From a virus (Duplodnaviria; Heunggongvirae; Uroviricota; Caudoviricetes): 30,453 bases of DNA. Positions within the stretch are counted from its first letter, which is position 1; each line of letters opens with the position of its first letter. This document shows, piece after piece, positions 1-8,417 of this stretch. The position numbers were made by a program, and so were the translations under genes. The stretch covers positions 1 through 30,453 of IMG/VR virus record IMGVR_UViG_2563366799_000004; one strand, 5' to 3'. The notes under the pieces are model-generated. The model saw only the letters and a list, made by a program, of their open reading frames with translations, did not search any database and was not told where the DNA came from.

Positions 1-981
1 TCACACCGCCAACCCGCCGCCGAGAGGGTTTAACGTTACTGCGTGTTGCAGGTAATCAGGTGCAAGGTGAGCATAAACCATCGTCTGTTGTATGCTGGCG
101 TGCCCCAGAATTTGCTGTAACGCAATAATGTTCCCCCCGTTCATCATGAACCAGCTTGCAAATGTATGCCGAAGCACATGCGTGGCCTGCCCGCGTGGTA
201 AATCGGGCTTAACCTGTCTGAGCCGTTCGCAGAAGTTTTCATAGTCAACTTTGAACAGTGGCCCGGTGTCGCTGGTCTTGATCTCTTTCTCCAGTTCTTC
301 CGATATGGGAACCGTGCGCTTTTTCCCATTTTTGGTCTTAAGGAACGTCACGCGCCCGTGATTAACCTGCTCACCGCGCAGCGTGCTGCCTTCACCCCAG
401 CGTGCGCCAGTGCTGAGGCATAGCAGTGCTACGCGTCGATCGTCGCCGGTCAGAGTGTCCAGTAATTTGCTGATCTCTGATTTGGCGAGATAGGTCATAG
501 CTGGGGGCGCTTCTTTCAGTGGTTCCAGACCCTTACAGGGGTTATCCTTCCTGAACTCTTCCAGCTTTATCAACGTGCTGAACATCCCGGACAAACGGTA
601 AATATCCCGATTGATCGTTGCTGCACTGATACCGTCTTCCAGCCTTTGGCTTCGGTGCTGTGCAATCATTCGCTTGTTCAGTCGGTTAACGGCTGGATCA
701 CCCAACGCCCTGATCGTTTTATTCAGGTGCCGTTTTTCAATCTCGCCATTTTCCTGAGTCTGTCCATACAGCAGCCACCAGGTATCTAACAACTCGCTTA
801 AGGTGCGGCGGTCAACGCTCGCGCCCAGCCATTCTTTTTTGTCGGCGTTGGCTAGTACATAACGCTCAAAAAGAACTGCCTCTTGTTTCTTCTCAAATCG
901 CCTGCGGATACGTTTTCCGTTACGTCCGCGCGGCCATACGTCCACTTCATATTGACCACCTTCGAGCTTCTTAATCGACAT
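1..981 (-). CDS. int: Phage integrase, tyrosine recombinase (P2 Int-like); complete, stop codon at 1..3
   Basis: 325-aa ORF with C-terminal catalytic region HVLRHTFAS...LGHASIQQTMVYAHL (R-H-R-Y type); SD AGAGGG upstream of ATG at 981; sits downstream of C as in P2. Confidence 0.9.
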   Translation of the reverse strand: MSIKKLEGGQYEVDVWPRGRNGKRIRRRFEKKQEAVLFERYVLANADKKEWLGASVDRRTLSELLDTWWLLYGQTQENGEIEKRHLNKTIRALGDPAVNRLNKRMIAQHRSQRLEDGISAATINRDIYRLSGMFSTLIKLEEFRKDNPCKGLEPLKEAPPAMTYLAKSEISKLLDTLTGDDRRVALLCLSTGARWGEGSTLRGEQVNHGRVTFLKTKNGKKRTVPISEELEKEIKTSDTGPLFKVDYENFCERLRQVKPDLPRGQATHVLRHTFASWFMMNGGNIIALQQILGHASIQQTMVYAHLAPDYLQHAVTLNPLGGGLAV

Positions 982-1050
982 AAGAAAGCCCTCTGGCGTT
1001 TATTTCTCCATCCTGATAACAGATAGTGAAAATGTAATGTTTATAAACGG

Positions 1051-1371
1051 TTAACCAGTTTGTTTCTCGGAGCGGTCTGATCCAGTTGACTCTGGCCCAA
1101 TGTGTGCGAGGGCCGGTGCGATTTGACCAGCTTGAGGGGCGGTCTTATCTGTCATGAGCCAGAGCGTGTATTTTGCAAAGCGGGGATGTTGTGTGATCTT
1201 TAACAAGATTTCACTACCAACGCCTTCTCTTCTCCCCATCTCGTAATGCTTTTGAGTGCCTGCCGGAATACCTGTCAATTCAAAGAATTGAGTTCTGGAT
1301 AGCCCTTCTGCATCCCTTATAGCTCGAATTTTTTCCCCAATCCCGCTTGACTGGGTCTCATTTGATACCAT
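1051..1371 (-). CDS. C: Immunity repressor, P2 C-like
   Basis: Motif KYTLWLMTD...GQIAPALAH matches the P2 C repressor C-terminus; start moved to ATG 1371 (SD AGGAG) instead of the track's TTG at 1395. Confidence 0.8.
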   Translation of the reverse strand: MVSNETQSSGIGEKIRAIRDAEGLSRTQFFELTGIPAGTQKHYEMGRREGVGSEILLKITQHPRFAKYTLWLMTDKTAPQAGQIAPALAHIGPESTGSDRSEKQTG

Positions 1372-1405
1372 ATCCTTCTCCTTGTTGGGTCTCAATTGAT
1401 ACCAT
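1352..1405. promoter_or_regulatory. Putative operator: two 19-bp direct repeats GGGTCTCA(T/A)TTGATACCAT at 1352..1370 and 1387..1405, in the C/cox switch region
   Basis: Direct repeat with one mismatch, 35 bp start-to-start, overlapping the C start codon and C-cox intergenic region; P2-type repressors are known to bind direct repeats. Confidence 0.5.
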
Positions 1406-1482
1406 TAAGATGAAATGGCAACCGCCAATATAAGCAGTTACAAGACGAAATAAGCGCCTAGCGCCAATGGGGATTATGACAC

Positions 1483-1764
1483 ATGACTGAGAAAGATTTA
1501 GAGGGGTTCATTGAAGTGCGTCACGCCGTTGACGCAGTTCCATACCCAAAATTCGCCGAGTTAATCGGTAAGAAGCCCGCCACGGTTAAGAGCATGATTG
1601 AAGACGGTAAGTTGCCGATCATCCCGTGGAAGAACCCGGACAGCCTGGGCGCCCGTGCTGAGAACTGGATCTATATTCCTGAGTTCAACCGCGCAATGCG
1701 TGACGCCTACTACAACCGTCCGAGAGAGCAGCGCGACGCTTGGTTGCTGTGGATCGGTCTTTGA
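1483..1764 (+). CDS. cox: Cox-like excisionase / early transcriptional regulator
   Basis: 93 aa; AVPYPKFAELIGKKPATVKSMIEDGKLPII...NWIYIPEFN...RDAWLLWIGL resembles P2 Cox; divergent from C. Confidence 0.8.
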   Translation: MTEKDLEGFIEVRHAVDAVPYPKFAELIGKKPATVKSMIEDGKLPIIPWKNPDSLGARAENWIYIPEFNRAMRDAYYNRPREQRDAWLLWIGL

Positions 1765-1774
1765 GGTTATCGCG

Positions 1775-1978
1775 ATGAGCCAGAAAACAGCCAACCACGA
1801 AAACCGGGTGCGTGAATGCAACGACATTCTGGACACCCATTTAAAAGATATGCAAACGGGCTTCATGATTCGCACCAATAGCGGCGAGTTTATGATCAGG
1901 GATAAAAAGCTGATTAAGAAAATAACCAAAGACGTGGCCCGCCATGTTGATGGTGAATTGCTTAAATTGGGAATGTGA
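1775..1978 (+). CDS. Hypothetical early protein (67 aa)
   Basis: ATG at 1775 just after the cox stop; the track ORF 1598..1978 extends upstream in a frame overlapping cox, so the internal ATG is preferred. Confidence 0.45.
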   Translation: MSQKTANHENRVRECNDILDTHLKDMQTGFMIRTNSGEFMIRDKKLIKKITKDVARHVDGELLKLGM

Positions 1979-1988
1979 GGGGGCTTTT

Positions 1989-2195
1989 GTGGCTGTGCAA
2001 TTAATACAGTTAAGTCGTCATTCATATTTATATCGTGGCTTCACTATTCAGAAATGCCCGCGTAATCCTTTTACGTTTAAGCACTCTTATCGTATTTCCA
2101 GCAATGGCGATTATTATGGGCGTGACTTTGCTTTAGCGGAAGCCATGCGCACGGTTGATCAGATGTATAAGCAAGGGGGCAGTAATGCACGATGA
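1989..2195 (+). CDS. Hypothetical small protein (GTG start; weak call)
   Basis: GTG at 1989 preceded by GAGGGGG SD; AT-rich region; no recognisable family. Confidence 0.25.
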   Translation: MAVQLIQLSRHSYLYRGFTIQKCPRNPFTFKHSYRISSNGDYYGRDFALAEAMRTVDQMYKQGGSNAR

Positions 2196-2415
2196 AGGCC
2201 CATCACTGGCAAGCCTGCTTAAGCACGGGTGCCAGGTTACACACTTCAAAAACTCACGCGGCTGGCTGGAAACACCAGACGGAAGATTTTTTAAGCCCGA
2301 ACCGGCGAAGGTTCAGTTTATCAAAGGTAAAAATAAACCATTTATTTATACCCAAAGAATAAATAAAGGCTTCCTGCTTACACTGGCTGAATTATTTAAA
2401 AAGCTAATTAAGTAA
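2185..2415 (+). CDS. Hypothetical small protein (76 aa)
   Basis: ATG 2185 preceded by AAGGGGG; lysine-rich AT-rich ORF. Confidence 0.4.
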   Translation: MHDEGPSLASLLKHGCQVTHFKNSRGWLETPDGRFFKPEPAKVQFIKGKNKPFIYTQRINKGFLLTLAELFKKLIK

Positions 2416-2501
2416 TTCGGTTTTAAAAAATCAACTCTGTTTTCTCCGCCTCTTTATCAAGTGGCGGCGGTTCAACTCATTCTTTTTTTGAGGAAGAGAT
2501 T

Positions 2502-2714
2502 ATGACCAGACGTGATCAATATAGCTTCATTTTGCATGTTCTTTTACCTGCTATCGAAAATGAAGGCTTAACCATTAAAACCCGCCGTGATGGTGAGTTA
2601 ACCCTTTCTGCCACTGGATCAGTAACCACAAATTTTATCAGCACCCTGCGCCAGCACTGCATTGAAGAATTGCAGCGCCCTTCTATTCCAGCTTCCCATT
2701 ACGGAGTCCTGTAA
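2502..2714 (+). CDS. Hypothetical small protein (70 aa)
   Basis: ATG with SD GAGGAAGAG; its stop overlaps the dam start (TAAAATG), suggesting translational coupling. Confidence 0.45.
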   Translation: MTRRDQYSFILHVLLPAIENEGLTIKTRRDGELTLSATGSVTTNFISTLRQHCIEELQRPSIPASHYGVL

Positions 2715-2715
2715 A

Positions 2716-3687
2716 ATGATCCGCCCGTTCATCAAATGGGCAGGGGGTAAAACCCGTGTCCTCCCTGACCTGCTGCCGCATCTTCCTAAAGCCGACTGCC
2801 TGATCGAACCGTTCGTAGGCGGCGCATCGGTATTTCTGGCGACTGAATACCGCCGCTATGTGCTGGCTGATATCAACCCGGATCTTATTAACCTGTATCG
2901 GGAAGTCACCCGTTACCCGGACTTAGTGATCGATGCGGCCCGCGAACTGTTCAACAGCAAGAATAGCCCGCAGGGGTACAACGAAGTCCGAGCCGCGTTC
3001 AATAAGCAGGTATGTACGGTAAAAAGCGGTGGGTTGCGTTATGGCGTCGAAATGGCGCGCATCATGCGTGCTGCTCAATTCCTGTATCTGAACCGCCACG
3101 GTTATAACGGCTTATGCCGTTACAGCCGTAAGACCGGCTTTAACGTGCCGTTTGGCAAGTATAAGAGCGTCTACTTTCCTGAAAATGAAATCCGCCTGTT
3201 TGCCGAAAAGGCCAACGATACAAAGGCAATATTTCTTTGCGCGCCGTTCCAGCGTTCTCTACAGGTCGTCACGGGTGGCGATGTTCTCGTTTACTGCGAT
3301 CCGCCTTACCTGCCTGAAAGCAAAACAGCCGATTTTACCCAATACCACACCGAACCATTCACGGAAGACAACCACCGCCAGTTAGTCCAGGCACTGCTGG
3401 AAGTTAACCGTAAGCATGGCGTGAAGGTTGTCATTTCCAACAGCGACACCGAAGCCACCCGCGCGATTTATCAGCCTTTCAAGATGCACGAAATCAGCGT
3501 GCAACGTTCCGTCAGCACTGACAAAGACAACCACCAGAAGGCCAAAGAAGTGATCGGCGTGCTGCCTGTCTGCGACTGCTGCGGGCGTTACGGCGGCGGT
3601 TGCCCTGATTGTGGCGCCGTGATGGGTGATGCGACTTACAACGCGATGGTTGCGGCAGGCACGTTTGACGATCTGGAGGAGTTTTAA
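2716..3687 (+). CDS. dam: DNA adenine methyltransferase (Dam family) with a Cys-rich C-terminal extension
   Basis: N-terminal SAM motif FIKWAGGK, catalytic DPPY motif, plus an extra C-terminal CDCCGRYGGGCPDCG tail. Confidence 0.85.
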   Translation: MIRPFIKWAGGKTRVLPDLLPHLPKADCLIEPFVGGASVFLATEYRRYVLADINPDLINLYREVTRYPDLVIDAARELFNSKNSPQGYNEVRAAFNKQVCTVKSGGLRYGVEMARIMRAAQFLYLNRHGYNGLCRYSRKTGFNVPFGKYKSVYFPENEIRLFAEKANDTKAIFLCAPFQRSLQVVTGGDVLVYCDPPYLPESKTADFTQYHTEPFTEDNHRQLVQALLEVNRKHGVKVVISNSDTEATRAIYQPFKMHEISVQRSVSTDKDNHQKAKEVIGVLPVCDCCGRYGGGCPDCGAVMGDATYNAMVAAGTFDDLEEF

Positions 3688-3866
3688 TGAATCTTGTAGA
3701 CGCCTGGATCGTTGAAATCATAAGCGTGAGTCGTGGCGAGATTGTGCCGTATTGGTTGGTTGAGGCGAAAGTAACAGCTTATGGAAGGGAGTCAATAACC
3801 ACAATTCTGAAGAAATCAGAAGAGGAAGCCAAAGCCGTTAAAGTAGGGGATGTAGTTCAAATATGA
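3687..3866 (+). CDS. Hypothetical small protein (59 aa), translationally coupled between dam and A
   Basis: ATG overlaps the dam stop (TAATG) and its TGA overlaps the A start (ATATGA); not in the ORF track because it is under 60 aa. Confidence 0.35.
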   Translation: MNLVDAWIVEIISVSRGEIVPYWLVEAKVTAYGRESITTILKKSEEEAKAVKVGDVVQI

Positions 3867-6220
3867 CCACGGCAACCCGTGGCCGTCGCGCCCCTTCTCC
3901 ACCTCCACCGTATCCGGGTAGCACTGACAATGCTATCCCTTACGCTTATGGCGGGAACAAACCATACCAGCCGATTGGCGTTGATGTAGCGCCGGGGCTG
4001 GATGGTTTCGACTATCTCACGCCGGACGGCACGCGTAAGCATATTGCGTTCAGTGAACTGGTAGCGGAGGACGAAAAGCCGGAACGCAGTAAGCTGCTGC
4101 GTCGCCGTCTGGCTTCTCTTCCGCAATATGTCCGCCGCCACTTTGCAGCGAAGCTTGATGCGCTGGATGTGAAAGACCGCAAAGCGGCAGATCACTGGCT
4201 GCTTAACACCTTTGAGCGCCACGTATTAACGCGTATTGATAGCGTGAACAGTGTTTACCAGCCTGATACTGTGATGCCCGGCATTCTGCTGCCAATTCGC
4301 GATCAGCTTTTCCGTATGCTCTGGGCAGGGAAAAAAGAGTTAAAAAGACTGGCTTATACGCTTGCCGATATCTTTACGAGCGAGTTTATACGCGAGTCCG
4401 ATCACCAGTTGGTGCGCACCGGCGATCCTGAGTTCGCGGCGCTTTCTGGCTATGGCCGTATTGCATCGCTGGCAGTGCATCTGAAAACGCCGATCCCCGG
4501 TTGGACAGCTTATTGCAATGAAGAACTTGAAGCGGAGGACGCGTTACGCGCAGTTCTCCGTCTTGAGTCACCGCAGTGGTGGTTAAACCGCCTGCGCCGT
4601 ATCCATGCCCGGTGGCGTGAGCATTTGATGATCGCAGCGGGATACGTCCAGAAAAAATCCTCCCCATACAGTAGCGCCCCGTGCCTTACGGAATGGCTGG
4701 CCCAGAAAAAAGCTAACCGTGAATACCTCAAGGCTATGGAACTGGAAGACCAGGACACGGGCGAGCGCATTTCGCTGATCGATAAAGTCGCCGGCAGTGT
4801 TGCCAATCCGGCCAACCGTCGCCGCGAACTCATGACGAGAATGCGCGGATTTGAAGATCTGGCGAAGCTGGAAGGGCTGGCCGGTGACTTCTACACGCTG
4901 ACAGCGCCTTCCCGCTATCACGCTATGCAGCATAACGGGCGCCGTAATAACAAATACTGTGGCGCGTCGCCGCGTGAGACACAGCAATATCTTTGCAAAG
5001 TCTGGGCGAGAACCCGCGCCGCATGGAAGAGAAAAGGGATCCGCGTCTTTGGTTTTCGCGTGGTCGAACCGCACCACGATGCAACGCCACACTGGCATTT
5101 ACTTCTTTTTATGCGCCCGGAATGCGTCGAGCAGGCGCGCGAAATCTTCCGTAAATATGCCCTGAAAGAAGACGGCAACGAACCGGGAGCGCAGGAAAAC
5201 CGCTTTCAGGTTGTGCCGATCGACGATGCCCACGGCAGCGCAACCGGCTACATAGCGAAATACATTTCGAAGAATATCGACGGCTTCGCGCTGGATGGTG
5301 AGAAAGACGACGAAACCGGGGAAGACCTGAAAGAAATGTCACTCCGCGTTAGCGCGTGGGCATCGCGCTGGGCTATTCGTCAGTTTCAGCAGATCGGCGG
5401 TGCGCCGGTCACGGTATATCGCGAACTTCGCCGCCTGGGCGATCGCGAACTGGTGTTACACCCTGAACTGGAAACCGCCCGGCAGGCCGCTAACGGTGGC
5501 GAATGGGATAACTACGTATTAGCCCAGGGTGGCCCATTGGTTGAGCGCGATAAGCTGCGCATCCGTCTGAATTATGAAACCACTGAAAACGGCAACGCCT
5601 ACGGCGATAACGTCCAGCGAATCACAGGTATTTACTGCCCTATTACGGGCAATGACTCTTTGATCTTCACCCGTACCACTCAATACAAAATCGTGCCGAA
5701 GCGCCAGAGCGCTGACGGTGTGGCCGTTGACGTTGGTTTTTCAGGCGGCAGCGCCGCCCCTCGGAGTTCTGTCAATAACTGTACGCGGGATCCCGCGGCA
5801 GGTGCTGACGGTGTTGAACATGCCGATCACGAAGTGGGCGAGACGGTGAATTTTGATGCGCTTTCACGGCAGGAAAAGCGAGAACTGGCACAGAGGCTAA
5901 GTGACGATGTGCGAAGTAAGCGGAAAAAACGGCCACCGGAACGGGAAGACGGGGCCGGGATATCCGTGAAAGAGCAGCAGATCAGTGAACTGCTGGCGCT
6001 GCGTGGGATTGATGCCAGCGTCGGAATGGTCAGATCGATGATGGCCGGTGCGTCAGTGGCGTGCGGCGATCTTGTTATGACAGTGCAGGATGGGCGGCTG
6101 GTATCGCGCAACCGCGCCGCGTCGGGGCTGGATAAGCTGCCGTCGCAGGTGATGGCGGCGAAGCAACAGACAAATAGTCTTATTAACCGAATGAAAAAAG
6201 CCTTTAACGGTGCGTCATAA
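3863..6220 (+). CDS. A: Replication initiation endonuclease, P2 gpA-like (rolling-circle)
   Basis: 785 aa; contains the conserved active-site tyrosine region GYIAKYISKNIDGF typical of P2 A. Confidence 0.9.
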   Translation: MTTATRGRRAPSPPPPYPGSTDNAIPYAYGGNKPYQPIGVDVAPGLDGFDYLTPDGTRKHIAFSELVAEDEKPERSKLLRRRLASLPQYVRRHFAAKLDALDVKDRKAADHWLLNTFERHVLTRIDSVNSVYQPDTVMPGILLPIRDQLFRMLWAGKKELKRLAYTLADIFTSEFIRESDHQLVRTGDPEFAALSGYGRIASLAVHLKTPIPGWTAYCNEELEAEDALRAVLRLESPQWWLNRLRRIHARWREHLMIAAGYVQKKSSPYSSAPCLTEWLAQKKANREYLKAMELEDQDTGERISLIDKVAGSVANPANRRRELMTRMRGFEDLAKLEGLAGDFYTLTAPSRYHAMQHNGRRNNKYCGASPRETQQYLCKVWARTRAAWKRKGIRVFGFRVVEPHHDATPHWHLLLFMRPECVEQAREIFRKYALKEDGNEPGAQENRFQVVPIDDAHGSATGYIAKYISKNIDGFALDGEKDDETGEDLKEMSLRVSAWASRWAIRQFQQIGGAPVTVYRELRRLGDRELVLHPELETARQAANGGEWDNYVLAQGGPLVERDKLRIRLNYETTENGNAYGDNVQRITGIYCPITGNDSLIFTRTTQYKIVPKRQSADGVAVDVGFSGGSAAPRSSVNNCTRDPAAGADGVEHADHEVGETVNFDALSRQEKRELAQRLSDDVRSKRKKRPPEREDGAGISVKEQQISELLALRGIDASVGMVRSMMAGASVACGDLVMTVQDGRLVSRNRAASGLDKLPSQVMAAKQQTNSLINRMKKAFNGAS

Positions 6221-6272
6221 CAGCGTGCCGGGGCTTCGCTTATTCATTTTCAGAAGAAACAGGAGTGACAGC

Positions 6273-6989
6273 ATGAGCAAAATTACCAGAGAACGCGCAG
6301 CAAAAATTGCAGCAGGCGGCGGATATAACTTTGATGAGGTGGAGGAGCTGGCGCGTATCGCGCTGGCATCGCTCGAAGCGGAGGAGTCAGGGCGAAATCC
6401 CGTGCTGGCCTATGCAGACAGTTACCGCGATATGGCTAAGCAGGGTGTTGAATCTATTCCTGTATGGAGCGTAATTACCGATCTGGAAAGAAATATCGCC
6501 CCGCTATACTCCGCCTCGCCAGCGCCGGTAGTTCCGGCAGAGCTTCATCCTGATACGCTGAAACTGGTGACCGACTTCAGCTCTGCCCTGGCTGAGAAGT
6601 TGTACAAGGCTCAATTAAAATATGGCTATGACGCGGACTGGAAACAAGATGGTTGGCCAAGCCAATGCCAGGCAGACTTTCAACAGCATATAGCTAAGGG
6701 AGACCCCCGGGATATTGCCGCTTACTGTGCATTTATGTGGTATCACGGCTGGAAAACTGAGCCAGCGCCGGTATCGCTGCCTGACGAGCAACATAGCGAA
6801 CGCTTCAACTGGACACTTGGGCAGTGGGCTGAACATGTTGGGGGTCATTACCAGGGAAATGATCCGGCAAACTATTACGAGTTCGGCTCATTCATGGCGG
6901 TCGCTGCAATGCTGTGCCAATTCGGCACCGTTCAGCAAAAAATTGGATGGAACGCCTGCCGCGCCGCCATGGTTAACGCAGGCCAGTGA
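6273..6989 (+). CDS. Cargo protein in the A-to-cos variable locus; C-terminal half loosely resembles DUF550-type prophage proteins (function unknown)
   Basis: 238 aa from ATG 6273 (SD AGGAGTGA); occupies the position of tin/old in P2; motifs KYGYDADW and KGDPRDIAAYCAFMWYHG; family assignment is from memory only. Confidence 0.6.
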   Translation: MSKITRERAAKIAAGGGYNFDEVEELARIALASLEAEESGRNPVLAYADSYRDMAKQGVESIPVWSVITDLERNIAPLYSASPAPVVPAELHPDTLKLVTDFSSALAEKLYKAQLKYGYDADWKQDGWPSQCQADFQQHIAKGDPRDIAAYCAFMWYHGWKTEPAPVSLPDEQHSERFNWTLGQWAEHVGGHYQGNDPANYYEFGSFMAVAAMLCQFGTVQQKIGWNACRAAMVNAGQ

Positions 6990-7138
6990 ATGGCTTTGCG
7001 GGAGTGCTGAAAATCAGTGCAAAATTTCGCGCAAAACCGCACAAATTTTATGATGGTGATTTTTCAGGAGCAGACCAGACGGGGCGGGCCTTCCGCTGGT
7101 CTGCACATTTGCACAAAAAAGCGGGGTTTCTGCGTGCG

Positions 7139-7157
7139 GGCGAGGCGGGGGAATGAG
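7139..7157. other. Putative cos (cohesive end) site
   Basis: GGCGAGGCGGGGGAATGAG closely resembles the P2 19-nt cohesive end GGCGAGGCGGGGAAAGCAC; lies between the A-side locus and portal gene as in P2. Confidence 0.5.
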
Positions 7158-7251
7158 CGCGCGCTGAGGGGTGGGATAGGGTCGGTATTATCTGCGCCGA
7201 TTTTCGCGCCGCTGCGCCTCGCTGCTGCGTCGTTTTCGGTTCGCCGTGGTG

Positions 7252-7297
7252 GGTTGAGGAAAAAGAAAAGCCCCTGCCAGCAGGCTGCTGAGGGGCT
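7252..7297 (-). terminator. Rho-independent terminator downstream of portal gene Q
   Basis: Hairpin AAGCCCCT...AGGGGCTT with inner CAGCAG/CTGCTG pairing, followed on the minus strand by TTTTCTTTTTCC. Confidence 0.6.
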
Positions 7298-7367
7298 TAC
7301 GTGCGGTGTGGTCAGTTATGGCCGTGTAGGACTTTGCGCGGTGGTGGTGGGTGTGTCCGGGCTGGCG

Positions 7368-8417
7368 TCAGATTGCTGCCTGCAACAGTGCGTAAGGGTT
7401 GAAGCGCACCACGTCGATCCCCAGCCAGTCGTTTAACTCTTTCAGGCTTTCTTGTATCGGGGCCAGTTCGTTGATGGAAAACACCTTCGCCGCTTTCTCT
7501 ACGTCGCCGAAGCCACCGGAGTTATTCGGCATTACCCCCATCAGAACGGGCGGCACGCGGTGCGCGGCTAACAGGTCGTCGCGGGTGGCGTCTTTGATGC
7601 CGGTAAACTCATCCTTCGCCGCCACCTGGCTGAACGGCATAATTTGCAGGCCGTCTTTTTTCCCGCCCGCCGCGTAGACAAACAGGTTTTTAAAAGCACC
7701 GTTGCCGCGTGCATCTTTCAGCGACTTCTTAAGCTTTTCCACATCGTTATTATTCGCCACCGGGTCAGTGAGGTAGACGATCACACCCGCATGACTGCCG
7801 TTAATGTAGTAGTTGCGGCGGAACACCGTTGCTTCACCGTTCAGCATGGCGCTTTGTAGCGCGGCCAGATATTCCGGCGCACCGTAGATCTCCTGGTGCG
7901 GGCTGGGGTTCTTGATCTGGCAGACGCTGCCCGGTTCGAACGCGTGATCGTCAACGTAGCGCGGAACAAACCAGAATTGCGCCGGGTCTATGCCGCGCCG
8001 CGTATATTTTGCCTGGCTGTGCCGCAGCTCGATCGGCTGGCCGAGTCGGTTGCGGCGGCATTCCATGTAACAGTTACCGAAAATTAAATAATCCTGCACC
8101 CAGGCGGTGAACTCCTGCCGGGTCAACAGCGGGTGCGGTATGTAGCAACTGGCGATAACATTGCGTTTAAATATCAGCGGTGACTGGTGATAGGCGGCAA
8201 CGTCGAACATGCGCGCCAGCCCGTAGGGGCTGATCGGTGGTTCATACCAGCGGCCATTGTTATGGCATTCGAGGCACTCCATAAGAGACGCGCGATCGTT
8301 GACTGCGATCGGGTCGCCAAAGCTGAAAGATTCCACGCTTTCCAGCGGGGTGGCTGCGTTGCTGGCCGTGCTGGCTGGCGCAGCAGTTGGCGCCCTGAAT
8401 TTTTTTTTGCCGCTCAA
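7368..8417 (-). CDS. Q: Portal protein, P2 gpQ-like
   Basis: 349 aa; position and family resemblance to P2 Q; directly abuts P. Confidence 0.85.
   Translation of the reverse strand: MSGKKKFRAPTAAPASTASNAATPLESVESFSFGDPIAVNDRASLMECLECHNNGRWYEPPISPYGLARMFDVAAYHQSPLIFKRNVIASCYIPHPLLTRQEFTAWVQDYLIFGNCYMECRRNRLGQPIELRHSQAKYTRRGIDPAQFWFVPRYVDDHAFEPGSVCQIKNPSPHQEIYGAPEYLAALQSAMLNGEATVFRRNYYINGSHAGVIVYLTDPVANNNDVEKLKKSLKDARGNGAFKNLFVYAAGGKKDGLQIMPFSQVAAKDEFTGIKDATRDDLLAAHRVPPVLMGVMPNNSGGFGDVEKAAKVFSINELAPIQESLKELNDWLGIDVVRFNPYALLQAAI

Noticed and set aside
1-981. Possibility that the integrase is truncated by the window edge
   Set aside because: The minus-strand frame ends with an in-frame stop at positions 1..3 and the catalytic C-terminal motifs are present, so the CDS is complete; only the adjacent attL lies outside the window.
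4386-5342. Several minus-strand and alternative-frame ORFs (4386..4667, 4510..4833, 4583..5098, 4918..5178, 4959..5165, 5109..5342) inside gene A
   Set aside because: Entirely embedded within the well-supported A reading frame on the other strand or frame; Arg/Ser-rich translations typical of antisense reading of GC-rich coding DNA.
7017-7436. 139-aa plus-strand ORF across the cos region, and 6715..7053
   Set aside because: Spans GC-rich noncoding DNA containing the cos-like site and the Q terminator and overlaps the Q 3' end; no SD and a low-complexity translation.
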